The translations under genes were made by a program, and so were the position numbers. From an uncultured Chthonomonadaceae bacterium (lineage in GTDB: Bacteria; Armatimonadota; Chthonomonadetes; Chthonomonadales; Chthonomonadaceae), in the NCBI GenBank assembly GCA_963835065.1, contig CAWIEK010000049.1, positions 288,001-352,000 of the forward strand: a stretch of 64,000 nucleotides of DNA. Reading direction: 5' to 3'. The notes beneath the pieces are model-generated. The model did no database searches and had not been told where the DNA came from. It saw only the letters and a program-made list of their open reading frames with translations. Of the stretch, positions 22,617 to 32,273 are shown piece by piece. How positions within the stretch are numbered: position 1 is the first letter of the stretch; each line of letters opens with the position of its first letter.

Positions 22617-22720
22617 TAAAACGTCCGATAATATTAAGCCATCCAGACGGCTTAATATCAAACGATTTTTAGGCGCGACGTACGTCGCGCCTAAAAATCG
22701 GGGCCGCGTCGCGGCCCCGA
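22617..22720. repeat. Composite palindromic element, copy 1
   Basis: TAAAACGTCCGATAAT (22617-22632), perfect 38-bp palindrome (22663-22700), and an 11-bp-arm GC hairpin (22698-22720). Confidence 0.9.
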
Positions 22721-22784
22721 ACCTTGTGCTTTCTTCTGCTTTCCTCTTCCAATCTGAGTTATCAATGCGCCGCTCATCAACCTA

Positions 22785-23117
22785 TTAACGGGTAACTGTC
22801 ACATCCTCTCCACTCACCGATACACTCGCGTTCAAGCCCACCTCGAAAAAATCAATGGGCACGTACAAATGGCTATCCGAGATCATGGGTGGCGCGCTCA
22901 ACACGCCAATCTGACCGTCGTACAGCAAGTTGGTATCTCCCGCTGTCATGCTCAATTTTTTGCCTTCCAACTCAACGATAGCTTCCTTGCTCTCGTTGTT
23001 CCAATACACATACCCGCCCAGCGTTTCCACAATCCCACTGAGCGGCACAAACGTCGTGCTGTCCTGTTCAACAGGAGGCGGAAGTTCCAGAAACGAGCCA
23101 TTGATGTTATAAGCCAT
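22785..23117 (-). CDS. Copper amine oxidase-like N-terminal (stalk) domain protein
   Basis: TFVPL...ETLG..V.W and APPMI...LYVPIDF motifs. Confidence 0.8.
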   Translation of the reverse strand: MAYNINGSFLELPPPVEQDSTTFVPLSGIVETLGGYVYWNNESKEAIVELEGKKLSMTAGDTNLLYDGQIGVLSAPPMISDSHLYVPIDFFEVGLNASVSVSGEDVTVTR

Positions 23118-23321
23118 TGTAGATCCCCTTCTCCGATTTGAGATAATCAAGCTGCGCCCGATGGCAACAATATTCAAGATTATTTCACCAAAAAGAAGCG
23201 GCACATCCACAGTTGTGTTGGATGTGCCGCGTAACGATACTTGTTCTGTGCTGAACGACCAATCAGGGAATGTCGCAGTTCGTGTTTCCACATCAACTAC
23301 AAACTATCCATTATCAACGGC

Positions 23322-24011
23322 TTAGTGCTTGACAACCGTCAACTTGTTATCTATCTTGTAGGACCCACCGGGCGATGCGGCTTTGGCGATTTCCTCGGCA
23401 TGCTTCTTCATCTCGTTGGTCTGCACCGTTCCCTTGAGGATGATGGTTTGTCCGTCGCTGCCGGTATCCACGTTGATGGAGTTCAAACCGGGGTTGGAGT
23501 TGGGATACAGCATGTCATCCTTCAGCAACGCATTCTTCACGGTGGGCGTGACCGTCACCACTTTGCCCGCATGCGTAGCCACCTCGCCCGCCTTTCCGAC
23601 GGCTTTGGCTGTGGCATCGGTAGCGTCCTCCGCGCCTTTTTTGACGGCGGCGCCCGCATTCTCCACTGCCGCGCCCGCATTTGCTACGCCCTTTTCAACG
23701 GTAGCGCCTGCGTTCGCAACGCCTTTTTCAACGGTGGCTCCCGCTTCCGCAGCGCCTTTCTGCACAGCCGCGCCCGCTTCCGCAGCGCCTTTTTCGACAG
23801 TGGCGCCCGCGTTCGCTACGCCCTTCTCAACTGCCGCGCCCGCTGCCTCCGTTCCCTTGACTGTCTTTACGGCGGCAGTGTCCGCCGCGTTTTTCACAGC
23901 GGCGGTGTCGTTAGCAGCATCCGCTTTCATGCCGTCCGACGTATTGGAACAGCCGACAATGCCTGTCCCGAATAATACGGCAGCGCTTGCCAATAGGAAT
24001 AGTCGCTTCAT
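23322..24011 (-). CDS. Lipoprotein with 11-aa tandem repeats and a C-terminal BON domain
   Basis: Lipobox IVGC; AGA(A/T)V(E/Q)KG(VAN/AAE) repeats; INVDT...ILKGTV...A..IA...IDNKL. Confidence 0.85.
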   Translation of the reverse strand: MKRLFLLASAAVLFGTGIVGCSNTSDGMKADAANDTAAVKNAADTAAVKTVKGTEAAGAAVEKGVANAGATVEKGAAEAGAAVQKGAAEAGATVEKGVANAGATVEKGVANAGAAVENAGAAVKKGAEDATDATAKAVGKAGEVATHAGKVVTVTPTVKNALLKDDMLYPNSNPGLNSINVDTGSDGQTIILKGTVQTNEMKKHAEEIAKAASPGGSYKIDNKLTVVKH

Positions 24012-24171
24012 AATCTTCTCCTCACTCGACGCTACATCTTGTGGTATGAACGGGCCGGTATTTGTACCGACCCGGTTTATTTCTGCTGGCAAGACGAGCA
24101 GGCAACGCGCATTGTTCCCTGACTTCCGCAGCCAGGCCGTATAGCCGGACTGGAACGGCTGTTTTGCAGGG

Positions 24172-26256
24172 CTATGGGGTTGGCAGCGCCAAGCGTTCGG
24201 GAGCCATTAGCCGTTTCAGCGTCACCGCATCCACACGATACGGGGTGACGACAGCCCGCGGCATCAGGGTAATTTTCACCCGGTTTTGCAGCCACAAGCG
24301 CGCGCCCGAAGCCATCTCAATTCGAAATTTATGGGTTCGCTTCCCCTGCCTGTGACCATACAGCAATAGCACATCTCGATTCGATTCCAGCAACGGGTCC
24401 AGCAGAAATCCCTGCGTCGTCATCTCAGGGATCACCCGGTAAGTCATTTCCCGGCCATCTTCCAGAGTAACAATAATGTTCAATTGTGGCGGGCGAACCA
24501 GGGCGCTCCTCACTTTCCCAAAAACCGTTGGCTCAACATCAACGCGCAGCAAATGCCCTGCGGCTTGATCCTTGATTTCAACATCGGTATTCAACGGAAC
24601 CACCGTGACCGCCTGACCGGAAGACGTCATACCCGCAGACTCGCCACCAGGCGCAGCATTGGGTGGTATATTGGCAGCCGGGAACGTCTTTGCAGAATTT
24701 CGCGCAAACAAAATGTACGATTTTTCCGTTTCAATCGGATGGTAACGCGACAAAATCTCAAGCAAAGATTGGTTATCGTCCAGCGTAGGGTAGCGATTAT
24801 CCGTTGTTTGCAGTCTGAACAGCACATACGCAGGCGCGTTCTCGCCGCGATAGAAGGCCGCGTTCAGAGCGATCAAGGCAGGAGAAAACGCCACATAGCC
24901 TTGATAAACCGGACGCGGCTGATAGTGGAAATCGTTGAGCAGCAGCGCATACTGATCGTAGGAAAACACATCAATCGGCTTATCCTTGACAATGGCTTTA
25001 ATAGCCGGTAAATCCCACAATTTTCTTTCTAAGGCTCGATCTTCATCCAGCCGCCGCTTGGTTTTCCAGGGCAGGAACGCATAAGATATTCCATGCCGGG
25101 GCCGAACAGCAAGTTCGCGCAATTGCCCGCGCCACCCATCGCTCTTCCAAATTAAGAGATACCCGATCACGCTGGCAATCACGCATACTCCCAAAACCGC
25201 GTGTCCCCATCGTGAGGGTCGCGGTTCCTCCTCTTGAAAACTGACGGGCAAAACCAGCGCGAAAAACAAAACGCTGCCAAAGCAAAAAATGCCGTGCGGA
25301 TCGTTGCGGACAAACCCATGTTTCCACAAAAACAACAGAAACATCCCCATTATGAGCAGGCTGCAAATGTTGGTATGGTTTCGGGGTGGTCGGAACTTAA
25401 GTAACCACGCCCCTATCAGACACAATTCCAGCAAGCCCAGGAATGCGGCGCGCGCATCGCCCTGCACGGCCATTGCCGCCGAGTAACCCGAACTGACAGC
25501 CATTGAGTTTTTGATATACGCGGGGAAATCACCCGGATGCTGCCCCAATGCCAGCCAGATCAACGCAAACGAGGCAAGGAACACAGCCAGGGGAGAAAAC
25601 AGCAACGGCCGCTTACTTGCAAAATACGGCCAGGACATGACAACCGCGATGATTCCGCCATATACGAACAGGGTAAATTTCAAACACGAAATCAGGGACA
25701 GAACCACAACGTTCAGCGCAAGGCGGCGCTGCGAAATGGCGAGCGGCCTGGACAACACTTCGCTGATCGTCAGCAGCAATGCAATATAAAAAACATCATC
25801 CGTTGTGGCAAGCACGAACCCGCAGGCCACAAAAATCAAGGCGCGAATGCGGTAATCAGGATAGCGGGCGCACAATCGCCATAGGTTATAAGCAAAAAAA
25901 CTGCGGGAAGCCATCTGCCATAGCCAATACCACCAGAACAGCGCCTTGATATAAATACCGCCCCAGAAGTAAGCGTAAAAATAGGCCAGCAGGCCGGTGG
26001 GAAACACATAGTCCACGCCTGCCCTCATTCCATGCTGAAGGAAATACCCGTTGCTGTACTGCCACGAGTAATCTAATTGCTCATTCCCGCTCAACGTCAA
26101 ATAAGTGGGACAAATGGGAGGCATCAGCAGCATCAGCCACATAATCGCAAGGCAAAGCAGCGGCAGCCAGCGGGCAGGGTGCTTCCAGTCCTCCCCTTGC
26201 TTCAGGTTCTGCGTTGTTACTGTGGAAGTTGTTACTATGGAATCGGGTTCGTTCAT
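24172..26256 (-). CDS. Large polytopic membrane protein (possible GT-C-type transferase)
   Basis: LDYSW, F.TGLL, KFT, KHGFVR.D.H, PRPVYQGY; many TM segments. Confidence 0.7.
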   Translation of the reverse strand: MNEPDSIVTTSTVTTQNLKQGEDWKHPARWLPLLCLAIMWLMLLMPPICPTYLTLSGNEQLDYSWQYSNGYFLQHGMRAGVDYVFPTGLLAYFYAYFWGGIYIKALFWWYWLWQMASRSFFAYNLWRLCARYPDYRIRALIFVACGFVLATTDDVFYIALLLTISEVLSRPLAISQRRLALNVVVLSLISCLKFTLFVYGGIIAVVMSWPYFASKRPLLFSPLAVFLASFALIWLALGQHPGDFPAYIKNSMAVSSGYSAAMAVQGDARAAFLGLLELCLIGAWLLKFRPPRNHTNICSLLIMGMFLLFLWKHGFVRNDPHGIFCFGSVLFFALVLPVSFQEEEPRPSRWGHAVLGVCVIASVIGYLLIWKSDGWRGQLRELAVRPRHGISYAFLPWKTKRRLDEDRALERKLWDLPAIKAIVKDKPIDVFSYDQYALLLNDFHYQPRPVYQGYVAFSPALIALNAAFYRGENAPAYVLFRLQTTDNRYPTLDDNQSLLEILSRYHPIETEKSYILFARNSAKTFPAANIPPNAAPGGESAGMTSSGQAVTVVPLNTDVEIKDQAAGHLLRVDVEPTVFGKVRSALVRPPQLNIIVTLEDGREMTYRVIPEMTTQGFLLDPLLESNRDVLLLYGHRQGKRTHKFRIEMASGARLWLQNRVKITLMPRAVVTPYRVDAVTLKRLMAPERLALPTP

Positions 26257-26329
26257 ATAGATTGTTCGGAGTAGAGAATTCGGGATGATTCAGAAGGAGA
26301 TTCGAGGCTTCAAGCCGAATTCAAGACGC

Positions 26330-27163
26330 ATGTGGAAATATGCCATTTGCAATGAAACCTTCGGCAATTTGGGATGGGCGGAAACCTGTCACCAGATTGC
26401 CCAACTGGGCTATGAAGGCGTGGAAATCGCGCCATTCACGCTTGCGGAGGATGCGCGCGGCATTTCCTCTCATGCGCGCCATGTTTACGCCCAAACAGCG
26501 CAGCGCGCCGGATTAGAAATTGTCGGGCTGCACTGGCTGCTCGTTTCGCCGCCCGGACTTTCCCTGACGGCTCCCGACGAAATCCTGCGCGCCCGTACCG
26601 CCGCTTATCTGGCCGATCTCGCAGACTTTTGCGCGGATGTGGGAGGACGTGTCCTCGTGCTTGGTTCACCCAAACAGCGCCGTATTCCGTCCGGGGAAAC
26701 GGCGGCGCTCGCCCGCGAACGGCTGCAATCCGCTCTGGAACCCGCCCTGTCGCGCGCTGCCGTTCATAATCTCACGCTCTGCCTTGAGCCCCTGCCCCCG
26801 CCCGAAGCCGACCTTATTCTCACACTTCAGGAAGCGCAGAATGTGATGACGCGCCTACAGCATCCGAACTTAAAAACCATTCTGGACATAAAAAGCGCTT
26901 CCAGCGAGACGGCTTCCATACCGGAACTGATCCGCCTGCACCATACCTCCATTGCGCATGTCCATGCCAATGATGCCAACCGGCGCGGACCGGGCTTCGG
27001 CGAAACAGATTATGTTCCGATTTTCAATGCTCTCAAAGAAATGCAATATACCGGCTTCGTATCCGTAGAAGTATTTGATTATACGCCCGATGCCATCACC
27101 ATCGCCCGCGACAGCCTCGCCTATATGCGTCGTTGCCAACAGCAAACACTTACGGGTCTGTAA
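26330..27163 (+). CDS. Sugar phosphate isomerase/epimerase (xylose isomerase-like TIM barrel)
   Basis: GYEGVEIAP, GSPKQR, LEPL, HVHAND, VSVEVF. Confidence 0.9.
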   Translation: MWKYAICNETFGNLGWAETCHQIAQLGYEGVEIAPFTLAEDARGISSHARHVYAQTAQRAGLEIVGLHWLLVSPPGLSLTAPDEILRARTAAYLADLADFCADVGGRVLVLGSPKQRRIPSGETAALARERLQSALEPALSRAAVHNLTLCLEPLPPPEADLILTLQEAQNVMTRLQHPNLKTILDIKSASSETASIPELIRLHHTSIAHVHANDANRRGPGFGETDYVPIFNALKEMQYTGFVSVEVFDYTPDAITIARDSLAYMRRCQQQTLTGL

Positions 27164-27226
27164 TCTCAATGCCCGAACACCCGAATACCTGAACACCCGC
27201 AGACTGTGACATGAAGGAGAAAAAAC

Positions 27227-27505
27227 TTGAAAGCGCACGTTAAAGTAAACATGCAGAACGTCAACGTAGATGAGACATTCGAAGGCGCGACGGCAGACGA
27301 AATCGTCGGCAAGATGAAATCGCGCATTGCCAAGGAAGTGCCGTTTTTCATGCGTCCCGTCGTCAACGGCTTCAGCAATCTTGGATTCGCGCAGGAAGTC
27401 GTGAAGCGCTACAACGGCAACTCCAAGCAAAACCTGCCCATTCCCAATTCCTGCGACGAGTTTCTCACCCTCGCGCAGGCGCAAGGGTTTGCTACGTTAT
27501 CCTGA
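27227..27505 (+). CDS. Small hypothetical protein
   Basis: AAGGAG RBS before a TTG start; 92-aa protein-like composition. Confidence 0.7.
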   Translation: MKAHVKVNMQNVNVDETFEGATADEIVGKMKSRIAKEVPFFMRPVVNGFSNLGFAQEVVKRYNGNSKQNLPIPNSCDEFLTLAQAQGFATLS

Positions 27506-27531
27506 ACAAGCCCCTGCTTCCTGAACTGCCG

Positions 27532-29001
27532 TCACCCTGTTTTGGAAATGGCGCGGTTTGCTTTTTCCAGAGCCGTACTTAAAAATGTAAGCGCCTGCTG
27601 CAAAGCCGAAGAAGCAGGCTGCTTGCTTTGCGCGTCCCGCACATCTTTCATTCCCGCCTCAATATCGGTGGGAGTGGAGACGGCGACCGCCTGGCGGTAC
27701 TCTTTCAGCGCCTCGCTCCAATTGTTCTGAGTCGCATACGTCAGGCCGAGGTTCAGCCGCACATAAGCCAGCGACGCATCCAGTTCCAGCGCCTTGCGGC
27801 TGTTTTGTATGGCGGCGGCGTACTGGCCCGCCTCATACTGCGACCAGCCCAGATTGCCCCAAATCGTGGCATTGTCCGGCGTAAATTTCAGCGCGGCCTG
27901 ATACGCTTTGATCGCGTCATCCCGGCGCTGCGGCGTATCCAATATCTGCGCCAGCGTTGTTTGCACGCTTGCCTGCTGCGTCGGAATGAGCGCGATTTGC
28001 GCCTGCAATAGCGCCGTTGATCGCGCATCATTGCCTGGCGCGGCAAGTTTCGCGCGCAATTGCGTAGCCGCGATTTCCAATTCGCCGTTCATTTTGCCAA
28101 GCAGGTCTTCCGCTTCGCGCAGTTTCCCCGCGCCGGCCAGCGAAGTGGCGCGTCCAAGTTTGGCCGGCAGATAGTTCCCATTGCTGCGCAGCGCGGCCTC
28201 GTATTCTTCCAGCGCCTCCCGATGCCGGCCTTCCTGTTCGTAGGCGTCTCCCATGCTTGCGTGAGCGGAGGGGCTGTCTGGAGCGCTTCCCAATGCCTGC
28301 AAAAACGCGCCCCGCGCCCGCCGCGTTTCCTTCTGCTGCAAATACACCCCGCCCTGCTGGATATACAGTTCGGGAGAATCGGGTTTCAACTCAATGGCGC
28401 GATCCAACGCGTGCAGCGCCGCCTCGTCCTGATTGGCCTGCAAAAGCGCGTTGGCAAGGAACACATACGACTGCGCGTTTGTCGGCGTCAGGTTCGCCAG
28501 GGTTTGAAACGCCCGCGCTTCTTCGGGGTACTGCTTTTTGGCTTCATACGCGATCCCAAGCCCGTACCATGCCCCTGGACTGGCAGACTTCAACGCGACC
28601 GCTTCCTTAAACGCGGCAATGGCCTCATCGAACTTGCGCGCGGACAGCGCTTCCTGCCCCTTCTTTTCCCATGCTTCCGCCGTCATTTTCGGACCTGCGG
28701 GCACAGCCAACGGCCCAACGCCACCGGGTCGGGTTGCCCCGAACGGTTCCACGCCCGGTTTAAGCGGCATCGTAGGCGCGTCCGTTTTCGACGGCTTCTG
28801 TCCCGGCGACGATTTCCCTGTCGGCACAATTTTAGGGTCTGTCTTACCCGGTTCCGTCTTCGGCTTGGCGGGAGGAGGCTGCTGCGCCTGCGCCCCACAT
28901 AGCGCAGGCAAGCATCCGCCACTCAGCATTACGAGCAGCAAGGCATAACAAGGCGAAAACTGTTTGTCACGATGAATACGTTTGTCACGGTTAAAAAGCA
29001 T
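27532..29001 (-). CDS. Secreted tetratricopeptide repeat protein
   Basis: Signal peptide, Pro/Lys linker and multiple TPR motifs (AWYGLG.AY, WGNLGW, NLGLTY). Confidence 0.88.
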   Translation of the reverse strand: MLFNRDKRIHRDKQFSPCYALLLVMLSGGCLPALCGAQAQQPPPAKPKTEPGKTDPKIVPTGKSSPGQKPSKTDAPTMPLKPGVEPFGATRPGGVGPLAVPAGPKMTAEAWEKKGQEALSARKFDEAIAAFKEAVALKSASPGAWYGLGIAYEAKKQYPEEARAFQTLANLTPTNAQSYVFLANALLQANQDEAALHALDRAIELKPDSPELYIQQGGVYLQQKETRRARGAFLQALGSAPDSPSAHASMGDAYEQEGRHREALEEYEAALRSNGNYLPAKLGRATSLAGAGKLREAEDLLGKMNGELEIAATQLRAKLAAPGNDARSTALLQAQIALIPTQQASVQTTLAQILDTPQRRDDAIKAYQAALKFTPDNATIWGNLGWSQYEAGQYAAAIQNSRKALELDASLAYVRLNLGLTYATQNNWSEALKEYRQAVAVSTPTDIEAGMKDVRDAQSKQPASSALQQALTFLSTALEKANRAISKTG

Positions 29002-29152
29002 GTGATTACCCTGATGCTGAAATGTGCCTGCGCCTGTATGATCCTAAATTAACGGCGCGGGAAAACGACGAAATTCCTACAGGAAAGCAGCCTGTCATTG
29101 TCGAATTGTTGTCACAACTACTCAGCCAACATAACTCCGTACAGGAACCATT

Positions 29153-30262
29153 ATGATACCCGAAACCAGCCGCGCCGCGATTCTCCCCGCGCCCGGCGCA
29201 GAACCCATTGTGCGCCGCTACCCCGTTCCCCCAATGGAACCGGGAGCCATTCTGCTAAAAACATTGGCTTCCGAAGTGTGCGGAACCGACGTGCATTTAT
29301 GGCATGGACGCTTGGCCGGCGTTCCCTACCCTCTTATCCCCGGCCACGTCAGTATCGGCATTGTCGAAACCATTATGGGCGAAGCGCTTGACGTCAACGA
29401 AACGCCCATTCGGGCCGGTGACGTGGTAACGTTTTTGGACGTGCATGGCACCTGCAATCGCTGCTGGTACTGCCTTGTCGCCAAAGCCACTACCCGCTGC
29501 CCCCACCGCCGCGTGTACGGTATCACGATGGGAGCCAATGACTTGCCCGGATTGGCAGGCGGCTGGAGCGAACGCATTTATTTACGTCCCGGAACCAAAA
29601 TCGCGCGCCTTGCCCCCGGCGTTTCGCCCGATGCGTGGATAGGCGGCGGCTGCGGCCTGCCCACCGCCGTTCACGCCATCGAACTCGCTAAAATTCGCCT
29701 GGGAGATCGCGTACTCATTCAAGGCAGCGGTCCGGTCGGTCTCAGCGCCTGCGCCCTCGCGCTGCTCAGTGGCGCAAGTTGGGTCGGCGTAATCGGCGCT
29801 CCCGCCGCCCGTTTGGAAGCCGCCCGTAAAATTGGCGCGGACTGGACGTGCGACATTGAACATGCAAACCGTGACGAACGCCTGCGCCTTGTTCGAGATG
29901 CCACGAGCGGACGCGGCCCCGACATCGTTATCGAAGCCAGCGGCAATCCTCACGCCGTACCCGAAGGCTGCGAACTCGTCCGCGATGCGGGCCGCTACAT
30001 CATTGTCGGCCAGTACACCAACAACGGCGACGTTCCTCTCAACCCACACCTGCACATCAACAAAAAACATCTGGACATACAGGGCTGTTGGGGTTCCGAC
30101 TTTTCCCATGTCTACAACGCAATGGAAATCATGGCCCGCTTCGACGCCCGCATTGGCTGGGCCAATTTAATCTCACATCGTTATACGCTGGAACAGGTTG
30201 GCACTGCCCTGCGCGACGTAGAACAGGGCCGCGTCATCAAAGCCGTCGTCGTGCCGGATTAA
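29153..30262 (+). CDS. Zinc-binding alcohol dehydrogenase (MDR)
   Basis: VCGTDVH, PGH, structural-zinc CNRCWYC...C, GSGPVG. Confidence 0.92.
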   Translation: MIPETSRAAILPAPGAEPIVRRYPVPPMEPGAILLKTLASEVCGTDVHLWHGRLAGVPYPLIPGHVSIGIVETIMGEALDVNETPIRAGDVVTFLDVHGTCNRCWYCLVAKATTRCPHRRVYGITMGANDLPGLAGGWSERIYLRPGTKIARLAPGVSPDAWIGGGCGLPTAVHAIELAKIRLGDRVLIQGSGPVGLSACALALLSGASWVGVIGAPAARLEAARKIGADWTCDIEHANRDERLRLVRDATSGRGPDIVIEASGNPHAVPEGCELVRDAGRYIIVGQYTNNGDVPLNPHLHINKKHLDIQGCWGSDFSHVYNAMEIMARFDARIGWANLISHRYTLEQVGTALRDVEQGRVIKAVVVPD

Positions 30263-30372
30263 AGTTGATAGTTGATAGTTCGTAGTTGATAGAAGATGCA
30301 GAAACTACGAACATTGGGCGCTCCGCCGTTTGAATTACGAACGGCAAGCAACAAGCGATAAGAAAGAGTAAT

Positions 30373-31077
30373 TTGGAACCTGAAAACAATTGCCCGCATC
30401 CCTGCAACTTTCGCCTGACCCGTGTTCTGGATCGGGGATGGGGAGAAATGGCCTTTGAATATCGCTGGAACTCCACGTCCGCTTTATCCCACAACTCTTC
30501 CGACGACGCTCTTGATCTGAACCACTGTTTTCTATACGAACTGACCACGTATGCCGGTAATGTGGGAACTTATCAAGGCGGCTATTTTGTCGCGCCAAAT
30601 CCTCCTTTTGCGGAGTGGTGGTTTCGTGACCCGACAGACGGGCGAACCGCTCCGGTTGCGCTCGGCTGCTTCGACGCATCGGCAGGATGGGCATGGGATC
30701 GGCACAAAATGGGCGGCAAGTTCGTCATGCCTGACCAATCTCCTGACGGCCCCGCCCTATCGCCCAAACCGCCCTATACCATCGTGGCAACGCAACAGTA
30801 CCGCTTTTATTGCGAGCGGTGCGGTATGGACGCGCTCGTTCCCGGCTCTCATTGCGGCCCACATGCCATCACGCGAACCTTTGCGCCCCTCAGCAACAAT
30901 CTTAACAGCAACAATCTTAACGATGTGCCGGCTACCTTTCAAAAAGATTTCCTGCTTCGCTCTTACTATACCCTTTGGCGGTACACGCTGCAAAAACATG
31001 GGCATCAGGCTTTTCTTGACCTCAATGCGCTAGGCAGTTATGTGGATGATAGTACGCATCTTGGCTACGGCCCCTAG
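30373..31077 (+). CDS. Hypothetical protein (Cys/His/Trp-rich)
   Basis: 234-aa ORF filling the gap in the same orientation as its neighbours; no family recognised. Confidence 0.55.
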   Translation: MEPENNCPHPCNFRLTRVLDRGWGEMAFEYRWNSTSALSHNSSDDALDLNHCFLYELTTYAGNVGTYQGGYFVAPNPPFAEWWFRDPTDGRTAPVALGCFDASAGWAWDRHKMGGKFVMPDQSPDGPALSPKPPYTIVATQQYRFYCERCGMDALVPGSHCGPHAITRTFAPLSNNLNSNNLNDVPATFQKDFLLRSYYTLWRYTLQKHGHQAFLDLNALGSYVDDSTHLGYGP

Positions 31078-31250
31078 TGACAAACTCTTCCACTGCGCAA
31101 TAATTTTCTACAAAAAATAAATTCCTGCCGGTAGCCTGCTTCTGAGTTGTCCGTCTTGAACACGTGAACCGCAAGCCCGGCCTTTGCGTCAGCCTCTTGT
31201 TTCTGTATTTTTATTTTTGTATTTTGGCTCCTTTTCAGGAGGTTCGTTCA

Positions 31251-32273
31251 TTGAGTGACAACCTGCAACGCAAATTTGTGGGCGGCGAGGCGCTGTCACA
31301 ATCGCTGGAACGCCTTGTCGAAAGCGTGTCTCCCGCCCTGCGCCGTCGCTTACAGCAAAAAGGTGTCGCGGAAGAAGAACTGGAAGACTTGCACATCGAA
31401 GCCCAGGTACGCCTGTTTGCAGCGCTGAAACGGCGGAGCCGACAGGATGAAAGCAGCCAGATCAACATTGAGGACCCAACGCGCTACGCCCATGCCGTCG
31501 CGGACACTGTTTTTGACGATTATCTGCGCCGAATGTATCCCAACCGCTGTCGGTTAAAGCGCCGCGTCCTCTATCTGCTGGACAATACGCAAACCGAAAA
31601 AAAAGTATTCGCGCGCTGGAAACATCGTACCGCCTGGATCGCCGGGTTTACCCGATGGCAGCAGCACGCTTTCCGGCCAAGCGCCCGCTACCATGCCTTT
31701 TGTAATCGCCCGGATGTGTTTTGCCAACAGGAATTAGACGATCAGGAGCCTGAAAAAATGCCCCTCCACATCCTTATGGCACATCTGTTCCGATGGCTCG
31801 GCACGCCCGTCGAATTGGAAGAACTCATTTCGCATCTTATCAAACTGCAAAAGATTACGGAAACGCGCGCCCTGCCCATTGAAGATATGGTAGAAAAAAC
31901 CGGCATGGACATGGACCATTGGCTTCCGCCCTCGCCCGAAGACGTGTCCGCCCGCGTCCTAGATTCTATAGAAGGGGAAACCTTTCGCGCCCATTTGTGG
32001 CAGTTACTTTGCAGCCTTCCTGTTCGGCAGCGTCACGCGCTCCTGCTCGGCATGAGTTCGGATGAACTGCTGCTTACGGGTACGATGAGCGACATTGCGG
32101 ACTTGCTTGAACTGCCGCTTGCCGCGCTGTCTGACTGCTGGCCCGACTTGCCCTTTTCCGACACGCAGCTCGCGCAGCGCCTGGAACTCACGCCCAAGCA
32201 AGTTTCCAATCTGCGCAAATGCGCCCGCCAAAAAATCGCGCGAAACCTGAAATGCGGAACCGAACAACCATGA
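31251..32273 (+). CDS. Extended ECF-like sigma-70 family factor
   Basis: AGGAGG RBS and TTG start; region 2-like EDLHIEAQVRL...YAHAVADTVFDDYLRR; region 4-like LPVRQRHALLL...DTQLAQRLELTPKQVSNLRKCAR; long central insert. Confidence 0.75.
   Translation: MSDNLQRKFVGGEALSQSLERLVESVSPALRRRLQQKGVAEEELEDLHIEAQVRLFAALKRRSRQDESSQINIEDPTRYAHAVADTVFDDYLRRMYPNRCRLKRRVLYLLDNTQTEKKVFARWKHRTAWIAGFTRWQQHAFRPSARYHAFCNRPDVFCQQELDDQEPEKMPLHILMAHLFRWLGTPVELEELISHLIKLQKITETRALPIEDMVEKTGMDMDHWLPPSPEDVSARVLDSIEGETFRAHLWQLLCSLPVRQRHALLLGMSSDELLLTGTMSDIADLLELPLAALSDCWPDLPFSDTQLAQRLELTPKQVSNLRKCARQKIARNLKCGTEQP

Noticed and set aside
22621..22648. Chromosomal dif site
   Set aside because: Only a XerC-like half is present, the TTATGT XerD arm is missing, and the motif occurs twice.
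23630..23850. 33-bp periodic repeats as a CRISPR array
   Set aside because: Contiguous coding repeats with no unique spacers; no CRISPR array or cas gene was seen in the window.
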